From the NCBI GenBank assembly GCA_004431415.1, contig QPMI01000587.1, forward strand, positions 1 to 64,000: DNA of 64,000 bases, read 5' to 3'. The notes below the pieces were generated by a model. The model had not been told where the DNA came from. It saw nothing but the letters and a program-made list of their open reading frames with translations, and searched no databases. Source of the stretch: Cyanophora paradoxa CCMP329 (lineage: Eukaryota; Plantae; Glaucophyta). This document shows, piece after piece, positions 33,101 through 44,894 of the stretch. The stretch's first letter is position 1. Every line of letters begins with the position of its first letter. The position numbers and the translations under genes were made by a program.

Positions 33101-36100
33101 CCCAGAGAGATTTGAAGTGCATCTTTCTTCTATTTTGTGGCAGATGAGAAACCTGCGGCCTCCGACTGGGTGACTTGCTGGTGGGTGGGTCATCTTCCTA
33201 AGGCTAGCGCCTTGGGCATATTCCCCCAGAGAGATTTGGGGTGCATCTTTCTTCTTTTTTCTGGCAGATCGGAAACCTGGGGCATTTGACTGAGTGACTT
33301 GCTGGTGGGAGGGTCATCTTCCTAAGGCTAGCACCTTGTGCATATTCCCCCTTCGACTGACTGACTTGCTGGTGGGTGGGTCATCATCCCAAGGCAAGTG
33401 CCTTGTGCATATTCCCCCAGAGAGATTTGAAGTGCATCTTTCTTCTATTTTGTTGCAGATCGGAAATCTGGGGCCTTCGACTGAGTGACTTGCATTTAAG
33501 TGGGTCACCTGCCTAAGGCTAGCGCCTTGTGCATATTCCCCCAGAGAGATTTGGGGTGCATCTTTCTTTTTCTTCTGGCAGATCGGAAACCTGGGGCCTC
33601 CGACTGGGTGACTTGCTGGTGGGTGGGTCATCTTCCTAAGACTAGCGCCTTGGGCATATTCCCCCAGAGAGATTTGGGGTGCATCTTTCTTTTTCTTCTG
33701 GCAGATTCAAAACCCTGGGGCCTCCTACTGGGTGACTTGCGGGTGGGAGGGTCATCTGCCTAAGGCTAGCACCTTGTGCATATTCCCCCTTCGACTGACT
33801 GACTTGCTGGTGGGTGGGTCATCTTCCCAAGGCAAGCGCCTTGTGCATATTCCCCCAGAGAGATTTGAAGTGCATCTTTCTTCTATTTTGTGGCAGATCG
33901 GAAACCTGGGGCCTTCGACTGAGTGACTTGCTGGTGGGTGGGTCATCTGCCTTAGGCTAGCGCCTTGGGCATATTCCCCCAGAGAGATTTGGGGTGCATC
34001 TTTCTTTTTCTTCTGGCAGATCGGAAACCTGCCGCCTCCGACTGGGTGACTTGCTGGTGGGTGGGTCATCTTCCTAAGACTAGCGCCTTGGGCATATTCC
34101 CCCAGAGAGATTTGGGGTTCATCTTTCTTCTTTTTTGTGGCAGATCCGAAACCTGCAGCCTTCGACTGAGTGACTTGCTGGTGGGTGGGTCATCTTCCTA
34201 AGGCTAGCGCCTTGTGCATATTCCCCCAGAGAGATTTGGGGTGCATCGTTCTTCTTTTTTCTGGCAGATTGGGAATCTGGGGCCTTCGACTGAGTGACTT
34301 GCTTTTAGGTGGGTCATCTGCCTAAGGCTAGCGCCTTGTGCATTTTCCCCCCAGAGAGATTTGGGGTGCATCTTTCTTCTTTTTTCTGGCAGATCGGAAA
34401 CCTGGGGCCTTCGACTGAGTGACTTGCTGGTGGGTGGGTCATCTGCCTAAGGCTAGCGCCTTGTGCATATTCCCCCAGAGAGATTTGAAGTGCATCTTTC
34501 TTCTATTTTGTGGCAGATGAGAAACCTGCGGCCTCCGACTGGGTGACTTGCTGGTGGGTGGGTCATCTTCCTAAGGCTAGCGCCTTGGGCATATTCCCCC
34601 AGAGAGATTTGGGGTGCATCTTTCTTCTATTTTGTGGCAGATGAGAAACCTGCGGCCTCCGACTGGGTGACTTGCTGGTGGGTGGGTCATCTTCCTAAGG
34701 CTAGCGCCTTGGGCATATTCCCCCAGAGAGATTTGGGGTGCATCTTTCTTCTTTTTTCTGGCAGATTCAAAACCTGGGGCCTTTGACTGAGTGACTTGCG
34801 GGTGGGAGGGTCATCTTCCTAAGGCTAGCACCTTGTGCATATTCCCCCTTCGACTGACTGACTTGCTGGTGGGTGGGTCATCTTCCCAAGGCAAGCGCCT
34901 TGTGCATATTCCCCCAGAGTGATTTGAAGTGCATCTTTCTTCTATTTTGTGGCAGATGGGAAACCTGGGGCCTTCGACTGAGTGACTTGCTGGTGGGTGG
35001 GTCATCTTCCTAAGGCTAGCGCCTTGTGCATATTCCCCCAGAGAGATTTGGGGTGCATCTTTCTTCTATTTTGTGGCAGATGAGAAACCTGCGGCCTCCG
35101 ACTGGGTGACTTGCTGGTGGGTGGGTCATCTTCCTAAGGCTAGCGCCTTGGGCATATTCCCCCAGAGAGATTTGGGGTGCATCTTTCTTCTTTTTTCTGG
35201 CAGATCGGAAACCTGGGGCATTTGACTGAGTGACTTGCTGGTGGGAGGGTCATCTTCCTAAGGCTAGCACCTTGTGCATATTCCCCCTTCGACTGACTGA
35301 CTTGCTGGTGGGTGGGTGATCTTCCCAAGGCAAGCGCCTTGTGCATATTCCCCCAGAGAGATTTGAAGTGCATCTTTCTTCTATTTTGTTGCAGATCGGA
35401 AATCTGGGGCCTTCGACTGAGTGACTTGCATTTAAGTGGGTCATCTGCCTAAGGCTAGCGCCTTGTGCATATTCCCCCAGAGAGATTTGGGGTGCATCTT
35501 TCTTTTTCTTCTGGCAGATCGGAAACCTGCGGCCTCCGACTGGGTGACTTGCTGGTGGGTGGGTCATCTTCCTAAGACTAGCGCCTTGGGCATATTCCCC
35601 CAGAGAGATTTGGGGTGCATCTTTCTTTTTCTTCTGGCAGATTCAAAACCCTGGGGCCTCCTACTGGGTGACTTGCGGGTGGGAGGGTCATCTGCCTAAG
35701 GCTAGCACCTTGTGCATATTCCCCCTTGGACTGACTGACTTGCTGGTGGGTGGGTCATCTTCCCAAGGCAAGCGCCTTGTGCATATTCCCCCAGAGAGAT
35801 TTGAAGTGCATCTTTCTTCTATTTTGTGGCAGATCGGAAACCTGGGGCCTTCGACTGAGTGACTTGCTGGTGGGTGGGTCATCTGCCTAAGGCTAGCGCC
35901 TTGGGCATATTCCCCCAGAGAGATTTGGGGTGCATCTTTCTTTTTCTTCTGGCAGATCGGAAACCTGCCGCCTTCGACTGGGTGACTTGCTGGTGGGTGG
36001 GTCATCTTCCTAAGACTAGCGCCTTGGGCATATTCCCCCAGAGAGATTTGGGGTGCATCTTTCTTTTTCTTCTGGCAGATCGGAAACCTGGGGCCTTTGA

Positions 36101-36674
36101 CTGAGTGACTTGCGGGTGGGAGGGTCATCTGCCTAAGGCTAGCGCCCTGTGCATATTCCCCCTTCGACTGACTGACTTGCTGGTGGGTGGGTCATCTTCC
36201 CGAGGCGAGCGCCTTGTGCATATTCCCCCAGAGAGATTTGAAGTGCATCTCTCTTCTATTTTGTGGCGGATCAGAAACCTGGGGCCTTCAACTGAGTGAC
36301 TTGCTGGTGGGTGGGTCATCTGCCTAAGGCTAGCGCCTTGTGCATATTCCCCCAGAGAGATTTGGGGTGCATCTTTCTTTTATTTTGTGGCAGATCGGAA
36401 ACCTGGGGCCTTCGACTGAGTGACTTGCTGGTGGGTGGGTCATCTGCCTAAGGCTAGCGCCTTGGGCATATTCCCCCAGAGGGATTCCCCCCTTCTTTTT
36501 TCTGGCAGATGAGAAACCTGGGGCCTTCGACTGAATGTCTTGCTTTTGGGAGGGTCATCTGCCTAAGGCTAGGGCCTTGTGAATATTCCCCCAGAGAAAT
36601 TTGGGGTGCATTCTTCTTCTATTTTGTGGCAGATCGGAAACCTGGGGCCTTTGACTGAGTGACTTGCTGGTGGG
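30184..36674 (+). repeat. Satellite A array, segment 3
   Basis: Resumes in register after the TSD (GAGGG|TCATCTGCC). Carries its own variants such as GCATTTAAGTGGG and TAAGACTAGC. Confidence 0.97.
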
Positions 36675-39169
36675 TGTGGTATCTCGAACCCAAACTCCCC
36701 CTCGTAGCATAGCCCTGTGCCATGTGTGTGGTAGTCAGTTGGGGGCTGGTACTGGCTTCTGGAATAAATACACGAGACTCTTGCAAATGACGGGTAAACA
36801 TGTTCTCCAAAGTGTTCTTTGATCATTTCTGGCCGCAACCCGTCATTGTGGGGGCTGCTGCGGGAAGAATTCGATCTTCTCTTGCGGGCATCATTGAATC
36901 GTCATCTGATTGTGTTCTCTCGAAATCTGTGCACGTATAGACTCAATAACATGTCCTTGACACTTTCTATGCTGTGCGCATTGCTCTGAGCTCGTAACAC
37001 TGGTCCTTCCAGAAGTTTCCAAGGTGCTTCCGGAACCTTCCATTCGACCATTTTGGCTAGAGAGTTCGGAAAAAGGCGTTCATTTCATCTTATAAAGACA
37101 TTTAACGTCGGTTGTGCTTGATAGCAGCTTGTCCTGACGAGCTGTGTGCGATACACTGGAGTTGCGCAGTGGACGTGTCATAGAGCGTCCACTTTCGCCC
37201 GAAATCATCATTTACGAAGACGTTTTTGCATTTGACGACGAAATGGGTGCTCCTGAGTCTCGAATTGATGTGATCAACAACGCGTTGCGATATGCCACTT
37301 TTCCTCCTTTTGAAACTGAATTCCCTGGTCGCTGGTTGACAGGAGCGAAGAATCAGCTCCGTTCTATGCATGTTCTTCCACTGCAGGGTCAGGTTCCGAA
37401 TGGTCAGATGGTTGCTGACATGGGGTATGCTTGGTCCATCATAAAACAGAAAATGGTTTTGATTTTCGTTGGACACACTGAGATTCAGAATGCTTTGTTT
37501 GCTGCAAATGATTGGAACGCTTTTAAGACCACCTTTGTTCAGCACTTCTGCCATGAGAGCCATCGTATGGCTTCACTTCGTAAATTCTATTTTTTCACCT
37601 ACAAAATAGCCTGCGAGAGTGCTCGTCAGACAACAAGAGTGCTCGTCACCTACGATTGAACCACAAGGTGTCAACAAGGAGGCCGAACGCCAACTCAAGA
37701 GTGGCAAGTTTTCTGTGCAAGATGGCGTTCTCGTCCACACTCGGCCTTCGGACAAACTTGTGCGTATTTGCGTACCCGATCAACTTAAATCGATTATTGT
37801 GTCTTCGGTACACCGCACGCTCGGACATCCCGGAGTCGGCCAGATGTACAATCATCTCAAGCGGCGGTACTATTGGCGGAGCATGTTTTCTGATGTCGCT
37901 ACATTTGTTTCGACATGCGCCGATTGCCAACGTGTCAAGAATTCCAAGACTGTTCAACCGGTTCCTCAATTTGAAATTCATGCTGACCGGCCAATGCAAC
38001 ACTTGGAAATTGACATCGTCGGGCCTTTTCCAAAGTCGAAACAAGGCAACAAATATCTGATTACTATTATCGATGTTTTTACGCGTTGGTGCCATGCGGT
38101 GCCCGCGCGAACGAAGTTGGCTATGTCCGTCGTTTGGGCGTTGTTCGACCACTGGATTCCCCTCCATGGAGTCCCCGCCAAGATTTCGTCGGATCAGGGC
38201 GGCGAATTCAAGAATTTGCTTCTTACTGAACTAGAGCGTCTTTTTGGAATAAAGGCGGTCTTTTCTTCTTCTTATCAACCGCAGTCTCAAGGTGCTGTGG
38301 AAAAATTGAATGACACTTTGGTTACTCGCCTACGGTTTTACATTGACAAGAACGCTTCGACATGGGATCTCTCTCTTCCGTTCGCTCTCTTCGCAGTTCG
38401 CAATTTTGTGAATCCTACAACGGGCTACACTCCTTCTGAAATGTTGTATGGGAGGCCTTGTACTCTTCCTGTGGACTTGCTGGCTACTCCTGAACTTCAA
38501 GTGACTATTTCAGAACCTTCTGGCTATCCGGCTACGCTGGCACGGCGTTTCTCTCGGATTTACACCGACATTCAGCAAGCTAAGGAGGAATGTCTTGCCA
38601 AGCAGCAGCAGCAGCCTTCTCAACCAGTTTTCATTCCTGGAGAAGTTGTTGCTGTGAAGACCCCTTCCACTCGGCGGTCTGACAAACTTTCCCACCGTTT
38701 CACTGGACCTTGGACTGTGCTTAAAGATGTTTCTCACGGCAAGGGAGTTACTTTCTTGCTGGAGTATTCTGGTCCTAAGGAGCGTGGTTCCCCTGCTGAG
38801 GGCTCGCGTCAAATGGTTCATGCCTCTCAACTCAAGCCTTGGAGGGACCCTGATTAATCTCCTTTTCTTTTGCTTCCTTCCTTGGACTTGGCCAGCGCGG
38901 ACGTGGCCTTTTTCTTACTTGGAGGAGAGTTGTGGCGAAGCGTAGTTCCCCTTCCCCTTTCGCCATAGCGAATGTACCATGTACGCTAGTGATACCCCAT
39001 CCCTAGTGTAGGGGTATGTCATTCAATCATACACGGATATTACGCGTGTGTGCACGTGCGTCCCCGCACAGCACTGCCCCGTGTGTGGAAGTGGCTTAGA
39101 ACCCATCGTTTAGCTTCTAACAGCTTCTTATCAATTCTCTCTCCTCAGCTTGGTTTGGGAACTGCCACA
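36675..39169 (+). mobile_element. Chimeric, internally deleted Ty3/gypsy element with two different LTRs
   Basis: 171-bp LTR at 36675-36845 (near-identical to 48907-49077 in reverse), PBS-like TGGGGGCTGCTGCGGG, gag-like fragment, integrase, purine tract GGAGGAGAG, then an unrelated LTR starting TGTGGCGAAG (38931 to about 39169). Confidence 0.75.
37619..38857 (+). CDS. Ty3/gypsy integrase domain (pol 3' fragment)
   Basis: HHCC zinc finger (HRTLGH...CADC), IDIVGP, SDQGGEF, GAVEK and GPW motifs. Confidence 0.92.
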   Translation: MLVRQQECSSPTIEPQGVNKEAERQLKSGKFSVQDGVLVHTRPSDKLVRICVPDQLKSIIVSSVHRTLGHPGVGQMYNHLKRRYYWRSMFSDVATFVSTCADCQRVKNSKTVQPVPQFEIHADRPMQHLEIDIVGPFPKSKQGNKYLITIIDVFTRWCHAVPARTKLAMSVVWALFDHWIPLHGVPAKISSDQGGEFKNLLLTELERLFGIKAVFSSSYQPQSQGAVEKLNDTLVTRLRFYIDKNASTWDLSLPFALFAVRNFVNPTTGYTPSEMLYGRPCTLPVDLLATPELQVTISEPSGYPATLARRFSRIYTDIQQAKEECLAKQQQQPSQPVFIPGEVVAVKTPSTRRSDKLSHRFTGPWTVLKDVSHGKGVTFLLEYSGPKERGSPAEGSRQMVHASQLKPWRDPD

Positions 39170-40453
39170 AAAAAAGAAAGATGCACCCCAAATCTCTCTG
39201 GGGGAATATGCACAAGGCGCTAGCCTTAGGAAGATGAGCCACCCACCAGCAATTCACTCAGTCAGAGGCCCCAGGTTTCCGACCTTACACAAAATAGAAG
39301 AAGAATGCCACCGAAATCTCTCTGGGGGAATATGCACAAGGCGCTAGCCTTAGGCAGATGAACCCACCCACCAGCAAGTCACTCAGTCGAAGGCCCCAGG
39401 ATAAGGATCCGCCACAAAAGAGAAGAACGATGCACCCCAAATCTCTCTGGAGGAATATGCACAAGGTGCTAGCCTTAGGCAGATGACCCACCCACCATCA
39501 CCGAAGGCCCCAGGATAAGGATCTGCCACAATATAAAAGCAAGATCCACCCCAAATTTCTCTGGGGGAATATGCACAAGGTGCTAGCCTTAGGCAGATGA
39601 CCCACCCACCAGCAAGTCACTCAGTTGAAGGCCCCGGGTTTCCGATCCGCCACAAAATAGAAGAAAGATGCACCCCAAATCTCTCTGGGGGAATATGCAC
39701 AAGGCGCTAGCCTTAGGCAAATGACCCACCCACCAGCAAGTCACTCAGTCAAAGGCCCCAGGATAAGGATCTGTGACAAAATAGAAGCAATATGCACCCC
39801 AAATTTCTCTGGGGGAATATGCACAAGGCGCTGACCTAAGAGAGATGAAACCACCCACCACCAAGTCACTCAGTCAAAGGCCCCAGGTTTCCGACCCGAC
39901 ACAAAATAGAAGAAGAATGCCACCGAAATCTCTCTGGGGGAATATGCACAAGGCGCTAGCCTTAGAAAGATTACCCACCCACCAGCAAGTCACTCAGTCA
40001 AAGGCCCCAGGATAAGGATCTGTGACAAAATAGAAGCAATATGCACCCCAAATTTCTCTGGGGGAATATGCACAAGGCGCTGACCTAAAAGAGATGAAAC
40101 CACCCACCACCAAGTCACTCAGTCGAAGGCCCCAGGATTCCGACCCGACACAAAATAGAAGAAGAATGCCACCGAAATCTCTCTGGGGGAATTTGCACAA
40201 GGCGCTAGCCTTAGGAAGATGACCCACCCACCAGCAAGTCACTCAGTTGAAGGCCCCAGGATAAGGATCTGCCACAAAATAGAAGCAAGATCCACCCCAA
40301 ATTTCTCTGGGGGAATATGCACAAGGCGCTGACCTAAGAGAGATGAAACCACCCACCACCAAGTCACTCAGTCGAAGGCCCCAGGTTTCCGACCCGACAC
40401 AAAATAGAAGAAGAATGCCACCGAAATCTCTCTGGGGGAATTTGCACAAGGCG
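39170..40453 (-). repeat. Satellite A in inverted orientation, more diverged monomers
   Basis: Reverse-complement monomers (GGGGGAATATGCACAAGGCGCTAGCC...). Confidence 0.93.
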
Positions 40454-40634
40454 AAGCGCCCCGACCCTTGGGGTCAGTTGACGACCCACGGCGCTCAACG
40501 TTGAGCGGCCGCGATCACCGCCACCAGAATAATTTCCAAAATCACGAGAATCGCGCTGGGAGTAATTGCCATTCCCACGACCGCGATCTCCAAAATTTCC
40601 ACGATTAAAATTGCCAAAGTGCGAGCCTCTATCA

Positions 40635-42362
40635 GGGGGTCCATCTTGCGCAAACGAGTCGAAGGGGTCTTGACACAGACCAGTTCACTTTGAACGAACA
40701 ACGGGTCACCCGAGGGTGAGGCAGCCTGACCTTGCGCATCCTGTCGAGCTTGCCGAACCAAATTAGCCTCGGAGTAGATACGCGAGAACCGACGACCAAG
40801 TTCAGCAGCATGAGTAGAAGCAGAATTGCCGACAGTGATATCAGGTTGAAGCAACAAATCAGTAGGAAGCGTACACTGTCGACCGTACAACATCTCGAAA
40901 GGTGTGAATCCAGTCGAAGGATTCTTGAAGTTGCGAATCGCAAACAAGGCGAAAGGAATGAACAAGTCCCATTGCTTCTCGTTCTGTTCCGCATAGAAAC
41001 GAAGGCGAGTGACGAGAACATCATTGAACTTTTCCACGAGACCCTGCGATTGGGGATGATAAGGAGCAGCGAAAACATGTTTTATTCCGAAGATCCGTTC
41101 CAACTCTTGCAGAATGAGATTATCGAATTCTCCGCCACGATCAGAAGGGGTTTTTGCGGGGAACTCCATGTTCAGGAATCCAATGTTCGAAAAGTGCGCG
41201 AACAGCGACAGTGGCCGACTTGGACCGTGCAGGCACTGCGGTGCCCCATCGAGTAAAAACATCGACAATTGTCACCACGTACTTGTTACCACGACTCGAT
41301 ATGGGAAACGGCCCCACGATGTCGATCTCAATGTGTTGCATCGGAGCATCAGCAACCACAGATACAGTCGGAAGATTCGAAGAGGTTGGCTTCGGTTTAA
41401 TCAACTGACACTTGTGGCAGCTCCGAACGTAATCATAGACATCGCGACGCAAGTTCTTCCAATAGTAACGAGATGAGACAAGATCGATCAACTTGGTCAC
41501 TCCAGGATGTCCGAAATTGTCATGAAGAGCTCGAAGAACCTGTTGAGTCATGGAGTACGGAACGACGACTTGAAAAGAATCAGATCCAGTTCGTTGGCGA
41601 CAAAGAACATCACATTTAAGAACGAATTTTCCACCCTTGAGTGTTCGCTCCACTGACTTGTCCACGCCCTCAGGAAGGACAAGCACATCATCTTCAAGAT
41701 ACCTGATGATGGTGTTGAGCAACGGATCCTCAAGTTGAGCAGCTCTAATATCAGAAGCAGAAAGAGATAAGTCAAGCTCAACTGCATTCACAAGAATAGG
41801 GATGGAATGATAGGAGAAATGAGAGACAACTCCTCAATCTTGGCAACAACTCGCTTCACAAGTCTGAAAGTGCATCGGCATCAGCATTCAGGGTACCAGA
41901 CTTTGAGAAATTTCATAATTGTACTCCTGCATTCCAAGAATCCAGCGGGCAATCCGAGCATTTGGGAACTCCTTATTCGACTTCATATACTTGAGAGCAC
42001 TGTGATATGACTTGATGAAGAACTTGGGGCCTCTCAGATAATGTGAGAACTTTTTAGTCACAGCCCAGTAAACAGCATATAACTCCTGCTCAGTAACTGT
42101 CCACTTCTGTTGCTCATCTGATAATGGCTCAGCAGCATATGCAATAACAACCTCCTTGTTCCACTTGCGCTCAGCTGGGGTGAGTGTCTTAGAAGCAAAT
42201 GAAATGACTCGCTCCTGACCATTGTCATCCAGTTGCGACAACACAGCACCAATGCCAGTTTTCGAGGCATCTGTTTTGAGGATAAAAGGCTTCTTGAAAT
42301 CTGGATATGCAAGAATAGGAGAGGAACACAATAACTCCTTGAGCTTCCGAAAAGCAAAGTCT
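40635..42362 (-). pseudogene. Ty3/gypsy RNase H-integrase fragment, frameshifted copy of about 49283-51010
   Basis: Near-identical to part of the 1428-aa pol, split over three ORFs. Confidence 0.88.
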
Positions 42363-43184
42363 TCGAATTCGAGCAGCAACAACGAAGCTTGCGTGTACAC
42401 ACATGCTGGAGAGCAGATATCTTGCCTATCTACATCAGCGCAGCTCTTCAGATATCTACGTAAGATCCGATCCTCTACGTGCCTGCTGGCACGGCAACAA
42501 CGTAGGGCTTATCTGATCAAGCACATATCGGGCTGTTCGGAAGACGGTGATGCCAACTTACTGCCTCGCTGCCAGAGCGCTTCGGTCGACGAGAAGAGAG
42601 AGTAGTATAAGCCGCCAGCCGTTGTGCGTTTGACGAAGGGAACCAAAGCCGAGCACAAGACAGTGAACCCAGACAAGTAGTGCGCGCAAACCTTAGCACG
42701 TGTATCCCCGGCGGTCAGCGCTCTTACGCAGAACGGAAGCACCAGACTCCATGGGGCCCTCCTAATGCGCCTGGAGTCACAATAGAAGAGATGCCACCGA
42801 ATTCTCTGGGAATGCACAAGCGCTAGCCTTAGGCATGACCCACCACAGCAAGTCATCATTGAAGGCCCAGGATAAGGATCTGCCACAATAGAAGCAAGAT
42901 CCCCAAATTCTCTGGGGAATATGCACAAGGCGCTGCCTAAGAGAGTGAACCCACACAAGTCACTCAGTCGAAGGCCCAGGTTCCGACCGCACAAATAGAA
43001 GGAATGCACCGAAACTCTCTGGGGATTTGCACAGGCAAGCGCCCGACCTTGGGTCAGTTGACGCCCAGGCGCTCACGTTGAGCGCCCGATCACGCCCCAG
43101 AATAATTCAAATCACGAGAATCGCCGGGAAATCCATTCAACGTCCCCAAAATTTCCAGGATCAAATTGCAAGGCGAGCCTCTAC

Positions 43185-44892
43185 AGGGCCATCTGCGCGA
43201 GTCGAGGGTCTGCAAGACCAGTTCACTTGAACGAACAACGGGCGACCAGAGGGGGAGGCAGCCTGACCTTGCGCATCTTGTCGAGCTTGCCGAACCAAAT
43301 TAGCCTCGGAGTAGATACGCGAGAACCGGCGACCAAGTTCAGTAGAGGCAGAGTTGCCGACAGTGATATCAGGTTGAAGCAACAAATCGGTAGGAAGCGT
43401 ACACTGTCGACCGTACAACATCTCGAAAGGTGTGAATCCAGTAGATGGATTCTTGAAGTTGCGAATCGCAAACGAGGCGAAAGGAATGAACAAGTCCCAT
43501 TGCTTCTCGTTCTGTTCCGCATAGAAACGAAGGCGAGTGACGAGAACATCGTTGAACTTTTCCACGAGACCCTGCGATTGGGGATGATAAGGAGCAGCGA
43601 AAACATGTTTTATTCCGAAGATCCGTTCCAACTCTTGCAGAATGAGATTATCGAATTCTCCGCCACGATCAGAAGAGATTTTGCGAGGAACTCCATGTTC
43701 AGGGATCCAATGTTCGAAAAGTGCGCGAACACAGTGGCCGACTTGGACCGTGCAGGCACTGCGGTGCCCCATCGAGTAAAAACATCGACAATTGTCACCA
43801 CGTACTTGTTACCACGACTCGATATGGGAAACGGCCCCACGATGTCGATCTCAATGTGTTGCATCGGAGCATCAGCAACCACAGATACAGTCGGAAGATT
43901 CGAAGAGGTTGGCTTCGGTTTAATCAACTGACACTTGTGGCAGCTCCGAACGTAATCATAGACATCGCGACGCAAGTTCTTCCAATAGTAACGAGATGAG
44001 ACAAGATCGATCAACTTGGTCACTCCAGGATGTCCGAAATTGTCATGAAGAGCCCGAAGGACCTGTTGAGTCATGGGGTACGGAACAACGACTTGAAAAG
44101 AATCAGATCCAGTTCGTTGGCGACAAAGAACATCACACTTCAGTACGAATTTCCCACTCTTGAGAGTTCGCTCCACTGACTTGTCCACGCCCTCAGGAAG
44201 GACAAGCACATCATCTTCAAGATACCTGATCATGGTGTTGAGCAACGGATCCTCAAGTTGAGCAGCTCTAATATCAGAAGCAGAAAGAGATAAGTCAAGC
44301 TCAACTGCATTCACAAGAATAGGGATGAGAATGATAGGAGAAATTAGAGACAACCCCTCAATCTTGGCAACAACTCGCTTCACAAGTCTCGAAAGTGCAT
44401 CGGCATCAGCATTAAGGGTACCAGACTTGTGCGAAATTTCATAATTGTACTCCTGCATTCCAAGAATCCAGCGGGCAATCCGAGCATTTGGGAACTCCTT
44501 ATTCGACTTCATATACTTGAGAGCACTGTGATATGACTTGATGAAGAACTTGGGGCCTCTCAGATAATGTGAGAACTTTTTAGTCACAGCCCAGTAAACA
44601 GCATATAACTCCTGCTCAGTAACTGTCCACTTCTGTTGCTCATCTGATAATGGCTCAGCAGCATATGCAATAACAACCTCCTTGTTCCACTTGCGCTCAG
44701 CTGGGGTGAGTGTCTTAGAAGCAAATGAAATGACTCGCTCCTGACCATTGTCATCCAGTTGCGACAACACAGCACCAATGCCAGTTTTCGAAGCATCTGT
44801 TTTGAGGATAAAAGGCTTCTTGAAATCTGGATATGCAAGAATAGGAGAGGAACACAATAACTCCTTGAGCTTCCGAAAAGCAAAGTCTTCCG
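43185..44892 (-). pseudogene. Second tandem copy of the same RNase H-integrase fragment
   Basis: ORFs 43610-44857 and 43161-43772 repeat the same protein, with the same flanking junctions as the 40635-42362 copy. Confidence 0.85.
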
Positions 44893-44894
44893 CA

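Noticed and set aside
1-36674. Dozens of 60-146 aa ORFs (MTLPPASH..., MTCGWEGH...) and a CRISPR-like appearance
   Set aside because: These are translations of satellite monomers. There are no unique spacers and no cas genes, and the context is eukaryotic.
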